A stretch of DNA of 64,000 bases from an uncultured Phycisphaeraceae bacterium (GCA_964440605.1 CAYTSW010000003.1:5421-69420); one strand, 5' to 3'; shown: positions 32,578-43,705, counted from the stretch's first letter. Notes: generated from the sequence alone by a model not told the origin. Numbers and translations: made by a program.

Positions 32578-34398
32578 CTACCGCGCCCCGGCCGTTCCTC
32601 CTGCGCCAGACGGACTCGCGACGATCGCCAGATCCACCCATTCACCGGTTGAATAGTTCAAGAATCCCCCCTCAAGCCCCTCCCAGACGACCGAGAACCG
32701 ACTCAAACTCGGCTCCAGCGCCTCCAGCACGGCCGCATCGACCACCGCCAGCCCTCCCGGATGCTCCGCCAGCCAGGCGCCGAGCCCCTTTTTTGACACC
32801 CGCTCGGCACGCCCGCGCGTGAGGAAGACGAGCGAATCCTCGTGATACCCCACGCGGGCCAGCGGACGCTCGGCGTCCGGATCGAGCCCGGCAATCGCGG
32901 CCGCGACCTCGCTCGAACCCCAGAGCGCGCGGTGCGACGGCAGTCGGACGCCGACGAGCACACCGACCCATATCGCCGCCGCCGCAGCGGCCCACAGCGC
33001 AGCACGCCGCGGCTTGCCGCCCCGCGCCAGCCCCGTCAAACCCACGACCACGCACACCATCGCGACAACAAGCGCCGCGTGCCCCCACACGCCCAGCGGG
33101 CGGGCGGCGAAGTCGTCCAGCCATGATGCCGAGCCCAGCGCCGGCACGAGCGCCAACGGGCCGATGAGCAGCGCTGCGCCGATCAACCCCCAGATCGCGA
33201 CGCCGACCCGCGGAACGCGCAGCCCCGCGCGCGCGGCGACCGCCAGTGCCCGAGCCGTCAGCAGCGCCAACGCCGGGTACAGCGGCAGCGTGTAGTGCGG
33301 CAGCTTGGTCATCGACAACTCGAAGACGATCCAGCTCGGCACGATCCACGCCAGCAGGAACAGCTCGGGCGACGCGCGGAAGCGCCGCATGCGCGCGGGG
33401 TGTGCACGCCGCCGCGCCCGCCGCCATGCCCGGCCTAGCGCCAGGGCCGTCAGCAGCGACCCCGGCCAGAGCAGCACGGGCAACAGCACGAGGTGGTACC
33501 CCGGCGGCCCCCAGTGGCTCTCCTTAGCCGCCCCCGCGCGACCCAGCGTCTCGTCGGCGATGAGCGCGAAGTACTCCCCGAATCCCACCGACCGTCCGAC
33601 CACGATCACCCAGGGCAGCACCATCGCCAGCACCACCCCCAGCCCCGTCAGCGGCCGCAACGCCCGAAGCCAGCGCCACCACCCGAGCGTCGCCGCGACC
33701 ATGAGCGAAGCGAGCACGACGACCATCGGCGTGATGGGCCCCTTCGCCAGCACGCCGAGGCCGACCGCGATCCACAGCAGCACCGGCCCGCGCCACCCCA
33801 GCGTCAGCGCGCCGTTGCTGCGCTGCGCGCGCCCGCGGAGGTACAGGTGCGCGAGGGCGAGCATCGCGAGGGTCGTGGTCGCGAGGAGGAGTTGGTCGGC
33901 ACGCGCCTGCCGCGCGTCCCAGAGCACCATCACGCACGTCGCCAGCATCACCGCGGCGATCAAGCCCTCCGAGCGTCTGTACAGCAGGCAACCGATCCTC
34001 CACGTCAGCAGGCACGCCGCCATTGCGCACAGGGCCGAGACCATGCGGTAGACGCCGATCGACTGTCGGCGTGGGTCCGCTGATGCGTCGTCCGCCGGCG
34101 CCGGGTCGTAGGGCCAGGCGACCGCGGCCTGCAGCCAGTAGACCAGCGGCGGCTTGTTCAGCCGGGGCCGGTCCTGGATCCGCGGCACCGCGACCCCCTC
34201 CACGTCCCCCTCGCGCGCCGCGGCCAGCACCTGCCGGCTCGCCTGGGCGAAACGCGACTCGTCGCGGTCGACCGGCGGCAACGCGAAGAGGCCCGGCCAG
34301 TGGGCCGCCAGGCAGACCGCGATCACGACCAGCGCGCCCAGCGGCCCGCGGGTCCACGATGCTGCGCGATGGGAGCCGGCCGCCGTGCGCGTCGTCAC
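32578..34398 (-). CDS. ArnT/PMT-like membrane glycosyltransferase (mirror copy)
   Basis: Mirror of 15411..17231; identical translation. Confidence 0.75.
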   Translation of the reverse strand: MTTRTAAGSHRAASWTRGPLGALVVIAVCLAAHWPGLFALPPVDRDESRFAQASRQVLAAAREGDVEGVAVPRIQDRPRLNKPPLVYWLQAAVAWPYDPAPADDASADPRRQSIGVYRMVSALCAMAACLLTWRIGCLLYRRSEGLIAAVMLATCVMVLWDARQARADQLLLATTTLAMLALAHLYLRGRAQRSNGALTLGWRGPVLLWIAVGLGVLAKGPITPMVVVLASLMVAATLGWWRWLRALRPLTGLGVVLAMVLPWVIVVGRSVGFGEYFALIADETLGRAGAAKESHWGPPGYHLVLLPVLLWPGSLLTALALGRAWRRARRRAHPARMRRFRASPELFLLAWIVPSWIVFELSMTKLPHYTLPLYPALALLTARALAVAARAGLRVPRVGVAIWGLIGAALLIGPLALVPALGSASWLDDFAARPLGVWGHAALVVAMVCVVVGLTGLARGGKPRRAALWAAAAAAIWVGVLVGVRLPSHRALWGSSEVAAAIAGLDPDAERPLARVGYHEDSLVFLTRGRAERVSKKGLGAWLAEHPGGLAVVDAAVLEALEPSLSRFSVVWEGLEGGFLNYSTGEWVDLAIVASPSGAGGTAGAR

Positions 34399-34422
34399 GC
34401 GACCGACTATACATGCCCACCG

Positions 34423-35208
34423 ATGGCCGACGTCTCACCCAACCGACCCGCCGACGCCGAAGCGCAGGAGCTGCTCCCGCCCATACCTTGGGGCCGCTGC
34501 GTCGTGCTGCCGCTCGTCGCGGGCGCGGTCGTCACGCCGTTGCTCGTGCTCTTCGTCGACGGACCCACGCTCGCGCTCGTCGATGGCCTGCGCCTGCCGG
34601 GCGACCTCAAGCGCGAGATCGAGACCTTTCAGCAGTTCGGCGCCGGCGGCTCGATCATCGTCACGCTCATCATCATCGCCCTGCTCGACCGCGACCGCAT
34701 CCGTCGGGCGCTCGACCTGGGCCTCGCGCTGCTCGTGTGCACGATCCTGGTGCACACGCTGAAGGTGGCCATCGGGCGTGCACGCCCCAAAATCGGCGAC
34801 CCGCACCTCTTCCTGGGCCCGACGGGAACGATCGAGCACGAGGGCCGCGTGATGTCCACGCTGGATGGCGCCTCGGCGCTGCACGCGATGCCCTCGGCCC
34901 ACACCACCCACGCCGTCATCCTCGCGGTCTTCCTGGCGTGCCTGTACCCGAAGCTGCGCTGGCTGATGGTCGGCTGGGCGCTCTTCGTTGCCTGCGGCCG
35001 AGTGCTCCGCGAGGCGCACTGGCCGGGCGATGTGGCCCTCGGTCTCGCGCTGGCCTTCCCGCTGGCGTGGCTTGTCATCACCCGCTACTGGGGCGTGCGC
35101 GGGCTCGACTGGCTGTGGCGAAGGCTGATCGACCGCAGAGCCGAACGGAAGTTCGTCGAGCTCGTCGAGCGGGATCGACGACGGAGCGACACCGTCGGGT
35201 GCCGCTGA
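34423..35208 (+). CDS. PAP2-family membrane phosphatase (mirror copy)
   Basis: Mirror of 14601..15386; identical translation. Confidence 0.8.
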   Translation: MADVSPNRPADAEAQELLPPIPWGRCVVLPLVAGAVVTPLLVLFVDGPTLALVDGLRLPGDLKREIETFQQFGAGGSIIVTLIIIALLDRDRIRRALDLGLALLVCTILVHTLKVAIGRARPKIGDPHLFLGPTGTIEHEGRVMSTLDGASALHAMPSAHTTHAVILAVFLACLYPKLRWLMVGWALFVACGRVLREAHWPGDVALGLALAFPLAWLVITRYWGVRGLDWLWRRLIDRRAERKFVELVERDRRRSDTVGCR

Positions 35209-35216
35209 TCCGGGCG

Positions 35217-35256
35217 CAAACAACGACGACCCGCGCCCCTCTGACGCGGGTCGTCG
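35217..35256 (-). terminator. Rho-independent terminator of the EF-hand gene (mirror copy)
   Basis: Mirror of 14553..14592. Confidence 0.6.
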
Positions 35257-35304
35257 AAACCGGGGGAGACCGTCCCGGATGATGGTCAAAGAGAATCGCC
35301 CGAC

Positions 35305-36105
35305 TCAGTCGAGCTTCGTGCCGACAAGGGCGGCGATCGCCTTGGCGTCGTCCTCGTTCACCATGCGGTCGCCATTGAAGTCGGCGGTGCGGTCGCCTTC
35401 GTCGATCAGCGTCAGCGCGGCGTTGAGTTCGTCGGCCGAGAGGATGCCGTCACCGTCGAGATCGGCCCGCCGCACGTGCCGCTGAGCGGCGGCGAAGCCA
35501 CGCGCTGCGCGGCGTTCGCCGCGCGTCAGCACACCGTCGCCGTCGGCATCGAACCGCGCGACCATCTCGGCGCGACGCTGCTCCATCTCGGTTCGCATCG
35601 CGGAGCGCTCGTCCTCCGAGAGCGAGCCGTCGGCGTCGAGATCGAAGCGCTCGAGCATGCCCTCGCGGAAAGCAGCGCCGCGAGGGCCGCGCATGCCCAT
35701 CCCACGCTTGCCGTTGCCCTGAGCGCCCGGGCCCTGACCACGCAGGCCGTCACGCCCGGCGCGAGCCGCGCGGCGCGGGGCGGCATCGAACATCGCCGAG
35801 AGCTCCTCGGCGTCAAGGGCGCCGCTGGCGTCGACGTCGAACCGCTCGAGCACACGCTCGGCCATGCGGTCGGCCCGCTCGGCGCGACGCGCCTCACGCT
35901 CGGCGCGGGCGGCATCGATCTCCTCCTGCGTCACGGCTCCGTCGCCGTTCGTGTCCAGCCGCTCGATCAGACCGGGACGCTCCGGCCGATCGAACTCGGG
36001 GGCGTCACCCGCCGGACCGCCGAGATCCAGACCCGGCTGAGCGGCGGCCACCGCCAGCAGACTCGCGCACAGCGCGGCAGCAGTAATCAAGTGAGAAGCG
36101 TGCAT
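35305..36105 (-). CDS. Secreted multi-EF-hand calcium-binding protein (mirror copy)
   Basis: Mirror of 13704..14504; identical translation. Confidence 0.8.
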   Translation of the reverse strand: MHASHLITAAALCASLLAVAAAQPGLDLGGPAGDAPEFDRPERPGLIERLDTNGDGAVTQEEIDAARAEREARRAERADRMAERVLERFDVDASGALDAEELSAMFDAAPRRAARAGRDGLRGQGPGAQGNGKRGMGMRGPRGAAFREGMLERFDLDADGSLSEDERSAMRTEMEQRRAEMVARFDADGDGVLTRGERRAARGFAAAQRHVRRADLDGDGILSADELNAALTLIDEGDRTADFNGDRMVNEDDAKAIAALVGTKLD

Positions 36106-36362
36106 CGTGAACCTCCTCAGGCTCCTAGTGGTGCGGTTGGTGACGTTGTGCCACCGACACCACGCTCAACGCCGCGGCCTCCCGGCGATTGCCGGAAAAC
36201 CGCGAAGACGCACGCGCGACGACGCGGCCATCACTCATCGGGTGCCACGGGCGGCTCGCCCGCCCGTGTTCGCCGTAACGCTGCACACCGGCGGACAAGC
36301 CGCCAGTGGCACCCGTCACAGAGCTTGGTAGCCGGGCGCCGGGCACCCTCGACTCGATCCGC

Positions 36363-37835
36363 TCAGCTCGGCTCGGTCATCTTCCGAGCATCAAGGACTT
36401 CGTTGAGCTGATCCTCGGGCAGGATGTTCTGTTCCAGCGCCACCTGCCGCACGGTCTTGCCTTCGGCGTGGGCCTGCTTGGCGATGGCCGCCGACTTGTC
36501 GTAGCCGATCACGGGCACGAGGGACGTACACATGGCCAGCGAGCCCTCGATGAGTTCGGCGCAGCGTTCGCGGTCGGGCTGGAGGCCGATCGTGCCATCG
36601 GGGTTCGGGTGCTCGGCGGGGCCGACGAGCAGGTTGTTGCAGAAGGTCTCGCAGCCGGCGGCCAGGATGTGGATCGATTCGAGCAGGTTCTCGGCGATCA
36701 CGGGCATCGCGACGTTGAGCTCGAGCATCGACCCCACGCCGCCCGTCGCGCCGGCGGTGAGCGCCGCGTCGTTGCCGACGACCTGGCAGTACACCATGAC
36801 GATCGCCTCGCAGATCACCGGGTTGACCTTGCCGGGCATGATGGACGAGCCGGGCTGCACCGCGGGCAGCTTGAGCTCCCCGATGCCGCAGCGCGGGCCC
36901 ATCCCCATCAGGCGGATGTCGCCGGCGATCTTCGAGAGGCTCACCGCGATGGTCTTGAGGTGCCCGCTGGCTTCGACGCACGCGTCTTTGGCGTGCTGGG
37001 CCTCGAAGTGGTTCGCCGCCGGGCGGAACGCCAGGCCCAACCGATCGGTCAGGAGGCGGCAGACCGCCTGGTCGAACACGCGCGCCGTATTGATGCCCGT
37101 GCCCACCGCCGTGCCCCCGATGGGCAGCTCGAGCAGCACGTGCAGCGCACGCTCGGCGCGTTCGACGGCCATCTCCATCTGACGCGCGTACCCCGAGAAC
37201 TCCTGCCCGAGCCGGATCGGCGTCGCGTCCTGAAGGTGCGTGCGACCGATCTTTACGATGTCGTCCCACTCCTTCGCCTGCACGTCCAACGCCGTCGCGG
37301 TGCGCTTGAGCGCGGGGAGGAGGTGGTCGCTGATCTCCATGGCCGCCGCGATGTGGATCGCCGTCGGGAACGTGTCGTTCGACGACTGGCCCATGTTCAC
37401 ATGATCGTTGGGGTGCACGCCGCGACCCGTCTCACGATCGCCGATGTACTCAGCATTCTTCGAAGACCCGACGGGCACGCCCGCCTCGCGGCAGACGAGG
37501 TTCGCGATCACCTCGTTGGCGTTCATGTTCGTCGAGGTGCCCGAGCCCGTCTGGAAGATGTCCACCGGGAAGTGCTCGACATGCTCGCCCGCGGCGATCT
37601 GATCGGCCGCGTTCTTGATCGCCAGCGCCCGCGCGTCATTGAGCAGCCCCAGCCCCTGGTTCGCCTGTGCGCACGCCGACTTGAGATACCCGAAGGCCTT
37701 GATCACCCCCAGCGGCACGCGCCGACCCGAGATCGGGAAGTTCTCCACCGCCCGCTGCGTCGACGCGCCGTACAACGCGTCGGCCGGGACGGTCATCTCG
37801 CCCATGGTGTCCTTCTCGATGCGCGTCTGGGCCAT
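36363..37835 (-). CDS. fumC: Class II fumarate hydratase (mirror copy)
   Basis: Mirror of 11974..13446; identical translation. Confidence 0.92.
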   Translation of the reverse strand: MAQTRIEKDTMGEMTVPADALYGASTQRAVENFPISGRRVPLGVIKAFGYLKSACAQANQGLGLLNDARALAIKNAADQIAAGEHVEHFPVDIFQTGSGTSTNMNANEVIANLVCREAGVPVGSSKNAEYIGDRETGRGVHPNDHVNMGQSSNDTFPTAIHIAAAMEISDHLLPALKRTATALDVQAKEWDDIVKIGRTHLQDATPIRLGQEFSGYARQMEMAVERAERALHVLLELPIGGTAVGTGINTARVFDQAVCRLLTDRLGLAFRPAANHFEAQHAKDACVEASGHLKTIAVSLSKIAGDIRLMGMGPRCGIGELKLPAVQPGSSIMPGKVNPVICEAIVMVYCQVVGNDAALTAGATGGVGSMLELNVAMPVIAENLLESIHILAAGCETFCNNLLVGPAEHPNPDGTIGLQPDRERCAELIEGSLAMCTSLVPVIGYDKSAAIAKQAHAEGKTVRQVALEQNILPEDQLNEVLDARKMTEPS

Positions 37836-37923
37836 CAGGAGTGTCCTCCGTAGCGACAGGGGGATCGGGCATGCGTCGCGCGCAAAGCCTACCGCGCGGC
37901 ACGCCGGGCCATAGAGTGTCCCC

Positions 37924-38682
37924 GTGGAACGACGCGAAGCCTACGAACGACGCATCTGGCGCCTCGCCGCCCTCCTGACCGACGATGTCACCAAGGCCGA
38001 CGACGTGCTCGCGCTGGTCCTGCGCATGCGTCCGGACATCGAGCGCGTGCAGGACTCGCGGATCGACCGCATGACGGTCCAGGCCGCTCGCCGGACGCAC
38101 GAGTCGAACCCGGGCGACGGCCACGGGCCCGACGGCGTGTGCGCACGGGCGACGATCACCGGCCCCGTCGCCGAACTCTGGAGCCTCAGCCGCACCGAGC
38201 TCGCCCCCCAGGGGCGCGAGGCGTGGCTCTTCCGCGATGTCGAACAAATGTCTGACATCCCGGCGGCCCGCGCCATGGACTGCTCCCGCACCGCCCTGGA
38301 AGAGGTCCACCGCACCCCCGCCGAGCGCCTGCTGCGCGAAAAGACCGACAGCTCGATCGAAGGCGGGTACGACGCCGCCCTCGCCTCCCTCCGCGCCGGG
38401 CTCGACGCGCTCGACCCCTCCGAAGGCATCGCCAGGGTCGCGCACGTCCGGGCGGCCGCGCTGCGGCGTCGACGCATCTGGACCGCGATCGCCTTCGCCG
38501 GCCTGCTGGCCTTCTTCGGCGTCATGATCTTCGTGCTCATCGACCTCTTGGGCTGGAACGAGCGCAACGAAGCACTCAAACGCACCTTCGAGCGCTACTC
38601 GAACCCCGCGCCGGCACCGGCGACCGCCCCCGCCTCGCCCTCCGACACGCCGGACGGAGCGCCGCCGGCTTCCGAGCGATGA
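37924..38682 (+). CDS. Membrane-anchored sigma-70 region-4-like protein (mirror copy)
   Basis: Mirror of 11127..11885; identical translation. Confidence 0.6.
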   Translation: MERREAYERRIWRLAALLTDDVTKADDVLALVLRMRPDIERVQDSRIDRMTVQAARRTHESNPGDGHGPDGVCARATITGPVAELWSLSRTELAPQGREAWLFRDVEQMSDIPAARAMDCSRTALEEVHRTPAERLLREKTDSSIEGGYDAALASLRAGLDALDPSEGIARVAHVRAAALRRRRIWTAIAFAGLLAFFGVMIFVLIDLLGWNERNEALKRTFERYSNPAPAPATAPASPSDTPDGAPPASER

Positions 38683-40919
38683 CCGTCGCCGAGACCCTGC
38701 AACGCACCGGCTCGCGCATGAAGGTGCAGGCCGCCTCGCGCATCCGGCGCAAGCTCGTCCTCCTCCACACCCTCTTCTCCCTCTCGCTGGCGGTGATCCT
38801 GCTCATCGCGCTGCGCCCCGCCGTCGGCAAGCTCGTCGGCGAGGCCGAACGCCGCGAAGCCCTGCTCGCGCTGGAGTTCGCCCGATCAGGCGTCAGCGCA
38901 CCCGATCTCGACGGCGTGATCCTCAACGAGGGCGATGCCGAGCGCGTCGGCCTGCCCGAAGCCCTCGCCCAGCAGGTCCGCGACGCCGCGGGCGAACCGT
39001 TCATCCGCACCGGCGCGCGAGGCGGCGCGACCGCCGCCGTCTGGGACGCTTCCGCGGGCCGGTTCGTCGTCGCCCGCGTGAGCAGCACGGGCGCCCGCGC
39101 CGCGGTCAACGAGCTCTATCTGCTGCTGACCGTCGCGCTGCTGAGCGTCTACGCGCTCATCGCCGCGACGCTCGAGGTCTTTGTGCTGCCCAAGCAGGTA
39201 TACGGCCCGATCGAGCGCCTCCGGCGCGCCGACGAAGCCGTCCAGGCCGGTCTGCGCGACGCCGAGTTGATCCCCGAGCGCGACATCGGCTCGGACGAGC
39301 TCGCCGAGATCATGCGCAGCCGCAACCGATCAATCGTGAAGCTCCGCGACCAGGAGGCGCAGCTCAACGCGGCGCTCGACGAGGTCGAGCGCATCGCCGC
39401 CGAGCTCAAACGCAAGAACCACCTGCTCGAAACCGCCAAGCGCAACCTCGCGGATCAGGACCGCCTGGCGAGCCTCGGCATCATGTCCGCCGGCATCGCG
39501 CACGAGCTCAACACCCCGCTGGCCGTCCTCAAAGGCAGCGTCGAACGCCTCAACGAGAACCCGCGCTCGCTCGACCCGCAGCAGGCGGCGCTGATGCTCC
39601 GCGTCGTCCGCCGGCTCGAACGATTGAGCGAGAGCCTGCTCGACTTCGCCCGCGTCCGCCCGCCGGCGATGAACGAGGTCGACCTCCGCGCCGTCATCGA
39701 CGAAGCGTGGACGCTCGTGAGCATCGACCGCTCGCACGCCGACGTCGACTTCACCAACGCCGTCCCGCCCGGCTCGACCATCCGCGGCGACGCGGACCGC
39801 CTGACACAGCTCTTCGTCAACCTCTTGCGCAATGCGGTGGACGCCATGGACGAGAGCGGCGTGGGCCGCGCGCTCGAAGTCGCCAGCGAGTGGGTCGAAC
39901 GCGACGGCGAATCATGGGCCGGCCTCACCGTCCGCGACTCAGGCCCCGGCATCGCCCACGCCGTCCTCCCGCGTCTCTTCGAGCCCTTCGCCTCCACCCG
40001 CATGGACTCGCACGGCACGGGGCTCGGCCTCGCGGTCGCCGAGGGCATCGTTCGCGAGCACGGCGGCGTCGTCGTCGCCCGCAACCGCACCCCGCCCGAC
40101 ACCGGCGCCGAGTTCGAAGGCCTCCTCCCCGCCCAGGGCCCCCCCCCCCCCCCCCCCCCCCCGGGGCCCCCCCGCCGACCCCCCCCACGCGAGCAACCGC
40201 GACAAGGCCGAGGGCTACCATCCTCAGACCGACGCCAGCACCAACGCGGACCCATCCGCGAACGGCGTCGATCGCCAGCAGGAGCCCGACGCCCCGTGAA
40301 CCAGGTGGTGGATGCCATTCCGTCGCTGTCGATCGTCGCCCTCGACGACGATGCCGACTTCCGCCAGTACATCGAGGGCGTGCTCGCCGCCGAGGGACAC
40401 GAGATCCGCGTCGTCGCGACGCCGGACGAGCTCTACGAGGCCAACGAAACCCGCCTGCCCGACGTCGTGCTGCTCGACATGAAGATGGGTCGGCACGACG
40501 GCGCCCAGGTGCTCGACGAGATCCGCACCCGCTGGGAGAACCTCTGCGTCGTCGTCGTCACCGGCTACCCGTCGCTCGAGACGATGCGCAACACCTTCAA
40601 GCAGGACGTCTTCGACTACCTCTCCAAGCCCTTCAGCGTTGACGAGTTGCGCGCCACCCTGCGCCAAGCCGTCGAGACCTTCGGCCTGGGCGAACGTCCC
40701 CAGGACCGCCTCCGCCAGACCCTCGGCCGACGCATCCGCCTCGCCCGCACCGAGCGCGGCTGGACGCTCAAGGAACTCAGCGAGGCCTCGCGTGTCAGCG
40801 TCAGCCAACTCTCGAGCATCGAGCGCGGGGCGCACCTGCCCAGCCTCGAAAGCCTCCTGAGCGTCGCGGCGGCGCTCGACGCCAAGCCCAGCGCCTGGCT
40901 CACCGCCGCGGGCTTCTGA
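38679..40919 (+). CDS. Histidine kinase joined in frame through a C24 tract to a REC + XRE-HTH response regulator (mirror copy; probably kinase 38679..~40299 and regulator 40296..40919)
   Basis: Mirror of 8890..11130. The candidate regulator start GTG 40296 overlaps TGA 40297..40299 of the alternative kinase frame, with AGGAG at 40280..40284. Confidence 0.8.
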   Translation: MTVAETLQRTGSRMKVQAASRIRRKLVLLHTLFSLSLAVILLIALRPAVGKLVGEAERREALLALEFARSGVSAPDLDGVILNEGDAERVGLPEALAQQVRDAAGEPFIRTGARGGATAAVWDASAGRFVVARVSSTGARAAVNELYLLLTVALLSVYALIAATLEVFVLPKQVYGPIERLRRADEAVQAGLRDAELIPERDIGSDELAEIMRSRNRSIVKLRDQEAQLNAALDEVERIAAELKRKNHLLETAKRNLADQDRLASLGIMSAGIAHELNTPLAVLKGSVERLNENPRSLDPQQAALMLRVVRRLERLSESLLDFARVRPPAMNEVDLRAVIDEAWTLVSIDRSHADVDFTNAVPPGSTIRGDADRLTQLFVNLLRNAVDAMDESGVGRALEVASEWVERDGESWAGLTVRDSGPGIAHAVLPRLFEPFASTRMDSHGTGLGLAVAEGIVREHGGVVVARNRTPPDTGAEFEGLLPAQGPPPPPPPPGPPRRPPPREQPRQGRGLPSSDRRQHQRGPIRERRRSPAGARRPVNQVVDAIPSLSIVALDDDADFRQYIEGVLAAEGHEIRVVATPDELYEANETRLPDVVLLDMKMGRHDGAQVLDEIRTRWENLCVVVVTGYPSLETMRNTFKQDVFDYLSKPFSVDELRATLRQAVETFGLGERPQDRLRQTLGRRIRLARTERGWTLKELSEASRVSVSQLSSIERGAHLPSLESLLSVAAALDAKPSAWLTAAGF
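40139..40162. repeat. Homopolymer C24 (mirror of G24 at 9647..9670)
   Basis: Counted directly: the c run covers 40139..40162, followed by GGGG, then C7 (40167..40173) and C8 (40179..40186). Confidence 0.97.
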
Positions 40920-40939
40920 GTTGCGCTGCGCAGCCTCGA

Positions 40940-42502
40940 TCAGTCGAGACAGTCCGTCCGCCCGAACTGAGCGCCGAACGCGCCGAAGTCGGCGCCGTCG
41001 ACCTGGCCGTCGCTGTTGAAGTCGGCCGAGCACGTCGAAGGCAGTGGCGGGCGTATGGCGATCACCGCAGGATCGCTTGTCGCGCTGCCGCCCGCGTTGG
41101 TCACGAGCACCTCGTAGACGCCCACGTCCTGCGGCATCGCGTTGACGCTCAGCGTTGGCGACTGCGCGCCCGAGATGCTGCCGCCGTCGGTCAGCGGCAC
41201 ACCGTCCTTCGACCACTGGTACGTCAGCGGCGGGCTACCGAACACGGTGACGGTGAGCTCGGTGGTTCCGCCGCCAATCGGCAGGAGGACCACACGCTCC
41301 GGTTGGCCCGTGATGACGGGTGCGATGGGACACTGGTTCAGCAACACGCTGACGTTGTCGCTGTCTTGGTTCGCCGCGGCAAGGTCGGCCCGGCCGTCGC
41401 CGTTGAGGTCGCCGACCGCTACAGAGAAGGGGTCGGTGCCGACGCCGTAGAGCACATCGGCTGCGAAAGTGCCGTTGCCGTTGTTCGGCAACACGCTGAT
41501 GTCGTCGAAGTCAGAGTTCGCCACCGCCAGGTCGGCGTCACCGTCGTCGTCCAGGTCTCCGATCGCCACCGAGATGGCCCCGAACCTCGCGCCGTAGAGC
41601 ACGTCGACGGCAAAGGTCCCGTTCCCGTTGTTCAGCAACACGCTGACATTGCCGCCGAGGCTGTTCGCAACGGCGAGGTCGGCGTCGCCATCGCCATCGA
41701 GATCGCCGATCGCGACGGAGAAAGGCCCGTTGCCCGCGCCGTAGAGCACGTCGCTTGCGAAGGTCCCATTCCCGTTGTTCAGCAGCACGCTGACGTTGTC
41801 GCCCCCACCGAACAGGCCGCTATTCGCCACCACCAGGTCGGCGTCGCCGTCGCCGTCCAGATCTTCGATGGCCACGGCGGACGGCGCGTTGCCCGCGCCG
41901 TAGAGCACATCCGACGCGAACGTGCCGTTGCCGTTGTTGAGCAGCACGCTGACGTTGTTGCTGTTGAAGTTGGCCACGGCGAGGTCGGCGTCGCCATCGC
42001 CGTCGAGGTCACCGATGGCGATGGACCGCGGCGCGTCGCCCGCGCCGTAGAGCACGTCGGACGCGAAGGTGCCGTCGCCATTGTTCAGCAGCACGCTGAC
42101 GTTGTCGGTGATCTGGTTCGCGACGGCCAGATCGGCATCGCCATCGCCGTTCAGGTCGCCGATCACCACGGACACGGGCGCGTCGCCCGCGCCGTAGAGC
42201 ACGTCGGACGCGAAGGTGCCGTCGCCGTTGTTCAGCAGCACGCTGACGTTGTCGCTGTTGGCGTTCGCGACCGCCAGGTCCTCATCGCCGTCGCCGTCCA
42301 GGTCGCCGATCGCTAGGGAGAAGGGTCCGTTGCCCGTGTCATAGAGCACATCGGGACCGAAGAGGTCCTGCGGGTCGCACGACCCGGCGTGAGCCACGCC
42401 GCCCGCGATCAGCACGCCTGCCATCGCGACCATCCATCCGATCGCCGCGGGAGCACACCGCCCGCCCGTCCGCGCCGGGGTCGTCTTCGTCTCGGTCACC
42501 AT
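40940..42502 (-). CDS. FG-GAP/VCBS seven-repeat protein with Ig-like and dockerin-like parts (mirror copy)
   Basis: Mirror of 7307..8869; identical translation. Confidence 0.85.
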   Translation of the reverse strand: MVTETKTTPARTGGRCAPAAIGWMVAMAGVLIAGGVAHAGSCDPQDLFGPDVLYDTGNGPFSLAIGDLDGDGDEDLAVANANSDNVSVLLNNGDGTFASDVLYGAGDAPVSVVIGDLNGDGDADLAVANQITDNVSVLLNNGDGTFASDVLYGAGDAPRSIAIGDLDGDGDADLAVANFNSNNVSVLLNNGNGTFASDVLYGAGNAPSAVAIEDLDGDGDADLVVANSGLFGGGDNVSVLLNNGNGTFASDVLYGAGNGPFSVAIGDLDGDGDADLAVANSLGGNVSVLLNNGNGTFAVDVLYGARFGAISVAIGDLDDDGDADLAVANSDFDDISVLPNNGNGTFAADVLYGVGTDPFSVAVGDLNGDGRADLAAANQDSDNVSVLLNQCPIAPVITGQPERVVLLPIGGGTTELTVTVFGSPPLTYQWSKDGVPLTDGGSISGAQSPTLSVNAMPQDVGVYEVLVTNAGGSATSDPAVIAIRPPLPSTCSADFNSDGQVDGADFGAFGAQFGRTDCLD

Positions 42503-42914
42503 CAGTCCGCGCTCCGTTCCGAAATGGGTGTAGGTCTTTGGTTCAGCGTCGCCGCGCAGCGATGGGCAACGGCCAAGCGCAGACTAGCCGCGTATCTGCT
42601 CAGCACCAATGCAGATTTCTCCGATGAACGCACAGTTCACGGACCGATCGCGATACCCCGCCACGCAAAGAACAACGCACGACTGCCGCGGCTCCAATAG
42701 CCGCGCCGCCACGTACACCAACCTCGCCGTTCCCCGCGTTGCGAACCCTTGCGTTATCGAGCAGCATCATTGAAAACGATTACGCTTGATTCCGATTGGG
42801 GAAGGCATATTTGCGGATCCAACCGATTGGTGGCACCGTATATTCGGTACCGGCCTCCTGTGCACAACGGCCGGCGAGACTCCTGTCAGACACGACAAAC
42901 GGAAGGATTGTGAG

Positions 42915-43577
42915 ATGTACAAGATTATCTCCGGTATCGGTGTGCTCGCCGTGTGCGGCGCCGCCACGGGTCAGACGTTCGACGATCGCATGGCGTTCGA
43001 GGCCGCCGCCGCGGGCGCGAACATCCCCCTCAGCTTCGAGTCCTTCGAAGGCCTCCCACTCGATCCCAGCTCGGCCCAGCGCGACACCGTCGCGGTCGAC
43101 GACTTTCAGATCGACGCGGTCAACGAAGGGTTTACCTTCATCACGCCCCTCTCCGTGCTCGGCGCGACCGGGCCGGGCGGCACCTTCGCGACCGACGGCG
43201 ATCAGCACATCAACGTCGGCTCGTTGTTCAACTCCGGCCAGAACAATGACGTCGTCGTCACCTTCACCTTCAACAGCCCCATCGCCGCCTTCTTCCTCGA
43301 CCTGACCGACCTGCTGGGCCTCGACCAAGCGCTCAGCCCCCGCGCGATCCTCACCACCGATGCGGGCGACTCTCTCACCATCTTCGATGACGCCAACCCC
43401 GGCTCCGACCTCCAATCCGTCGGGCTCATCAACGCCGCGACCTTCACCGAAGTCACCATCCGCGCCACCGCCGGCGACAGCTTCGGCATCGACGCGGTGT
43501 CGTACGGCGTGCCGGCCCCCGGCGCCGCCGCGGTTCTCGCCGGTGCGGGCCTGCTTGGTCTCCGCCGCCGCCGCTGA
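42915..43577 (+). CDS. PEP-CTERM sorting-domain secreted protein (mirror copy)
   Basis: Mirror of 6232..6894; identical translation. Confidence 0.8.
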   Translation: MYKIISGIGVLAVCGAATGQTFDDRMAFEAAAAGANIPLSFESFEGLPLDPSSAQRDTVAVDDFQIDAVNEGFTFITPLSVLGATGPGGTFATDGDQHINVGSLFNSGQNNDVVVTFTFNSPIAAFFLDLTDLLGLDQALSPRAILTTDAGDSLTIFDDANPGSDLQSVGLINAATFTEVTIRATAGDSFGIDAVSYGVPAPGAAAVLAGAGLLGLRRRR

Positions 43578-43606
43578 TGACATCTTCATCTGAGCGGATC
43601 ACCCCG

Positions 43607-43634
43607 GGTCGGCCCGCCCGCAGGCGGGCCGACC
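43607..43634 (+). terminator. Terminator-type hairpin after the PEP-CTERM gene (mirror copy)
   Basis: Mirror of 6175..6202. Confidence 0.55.
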
Positions 43635-43705
43635 TGTTTCGTCGCCCGCCGGGGCTCATCAACAAGCCCATTGGGCCTGAGCGCGAAGCGCGGTAGACTG
43701 GCCCG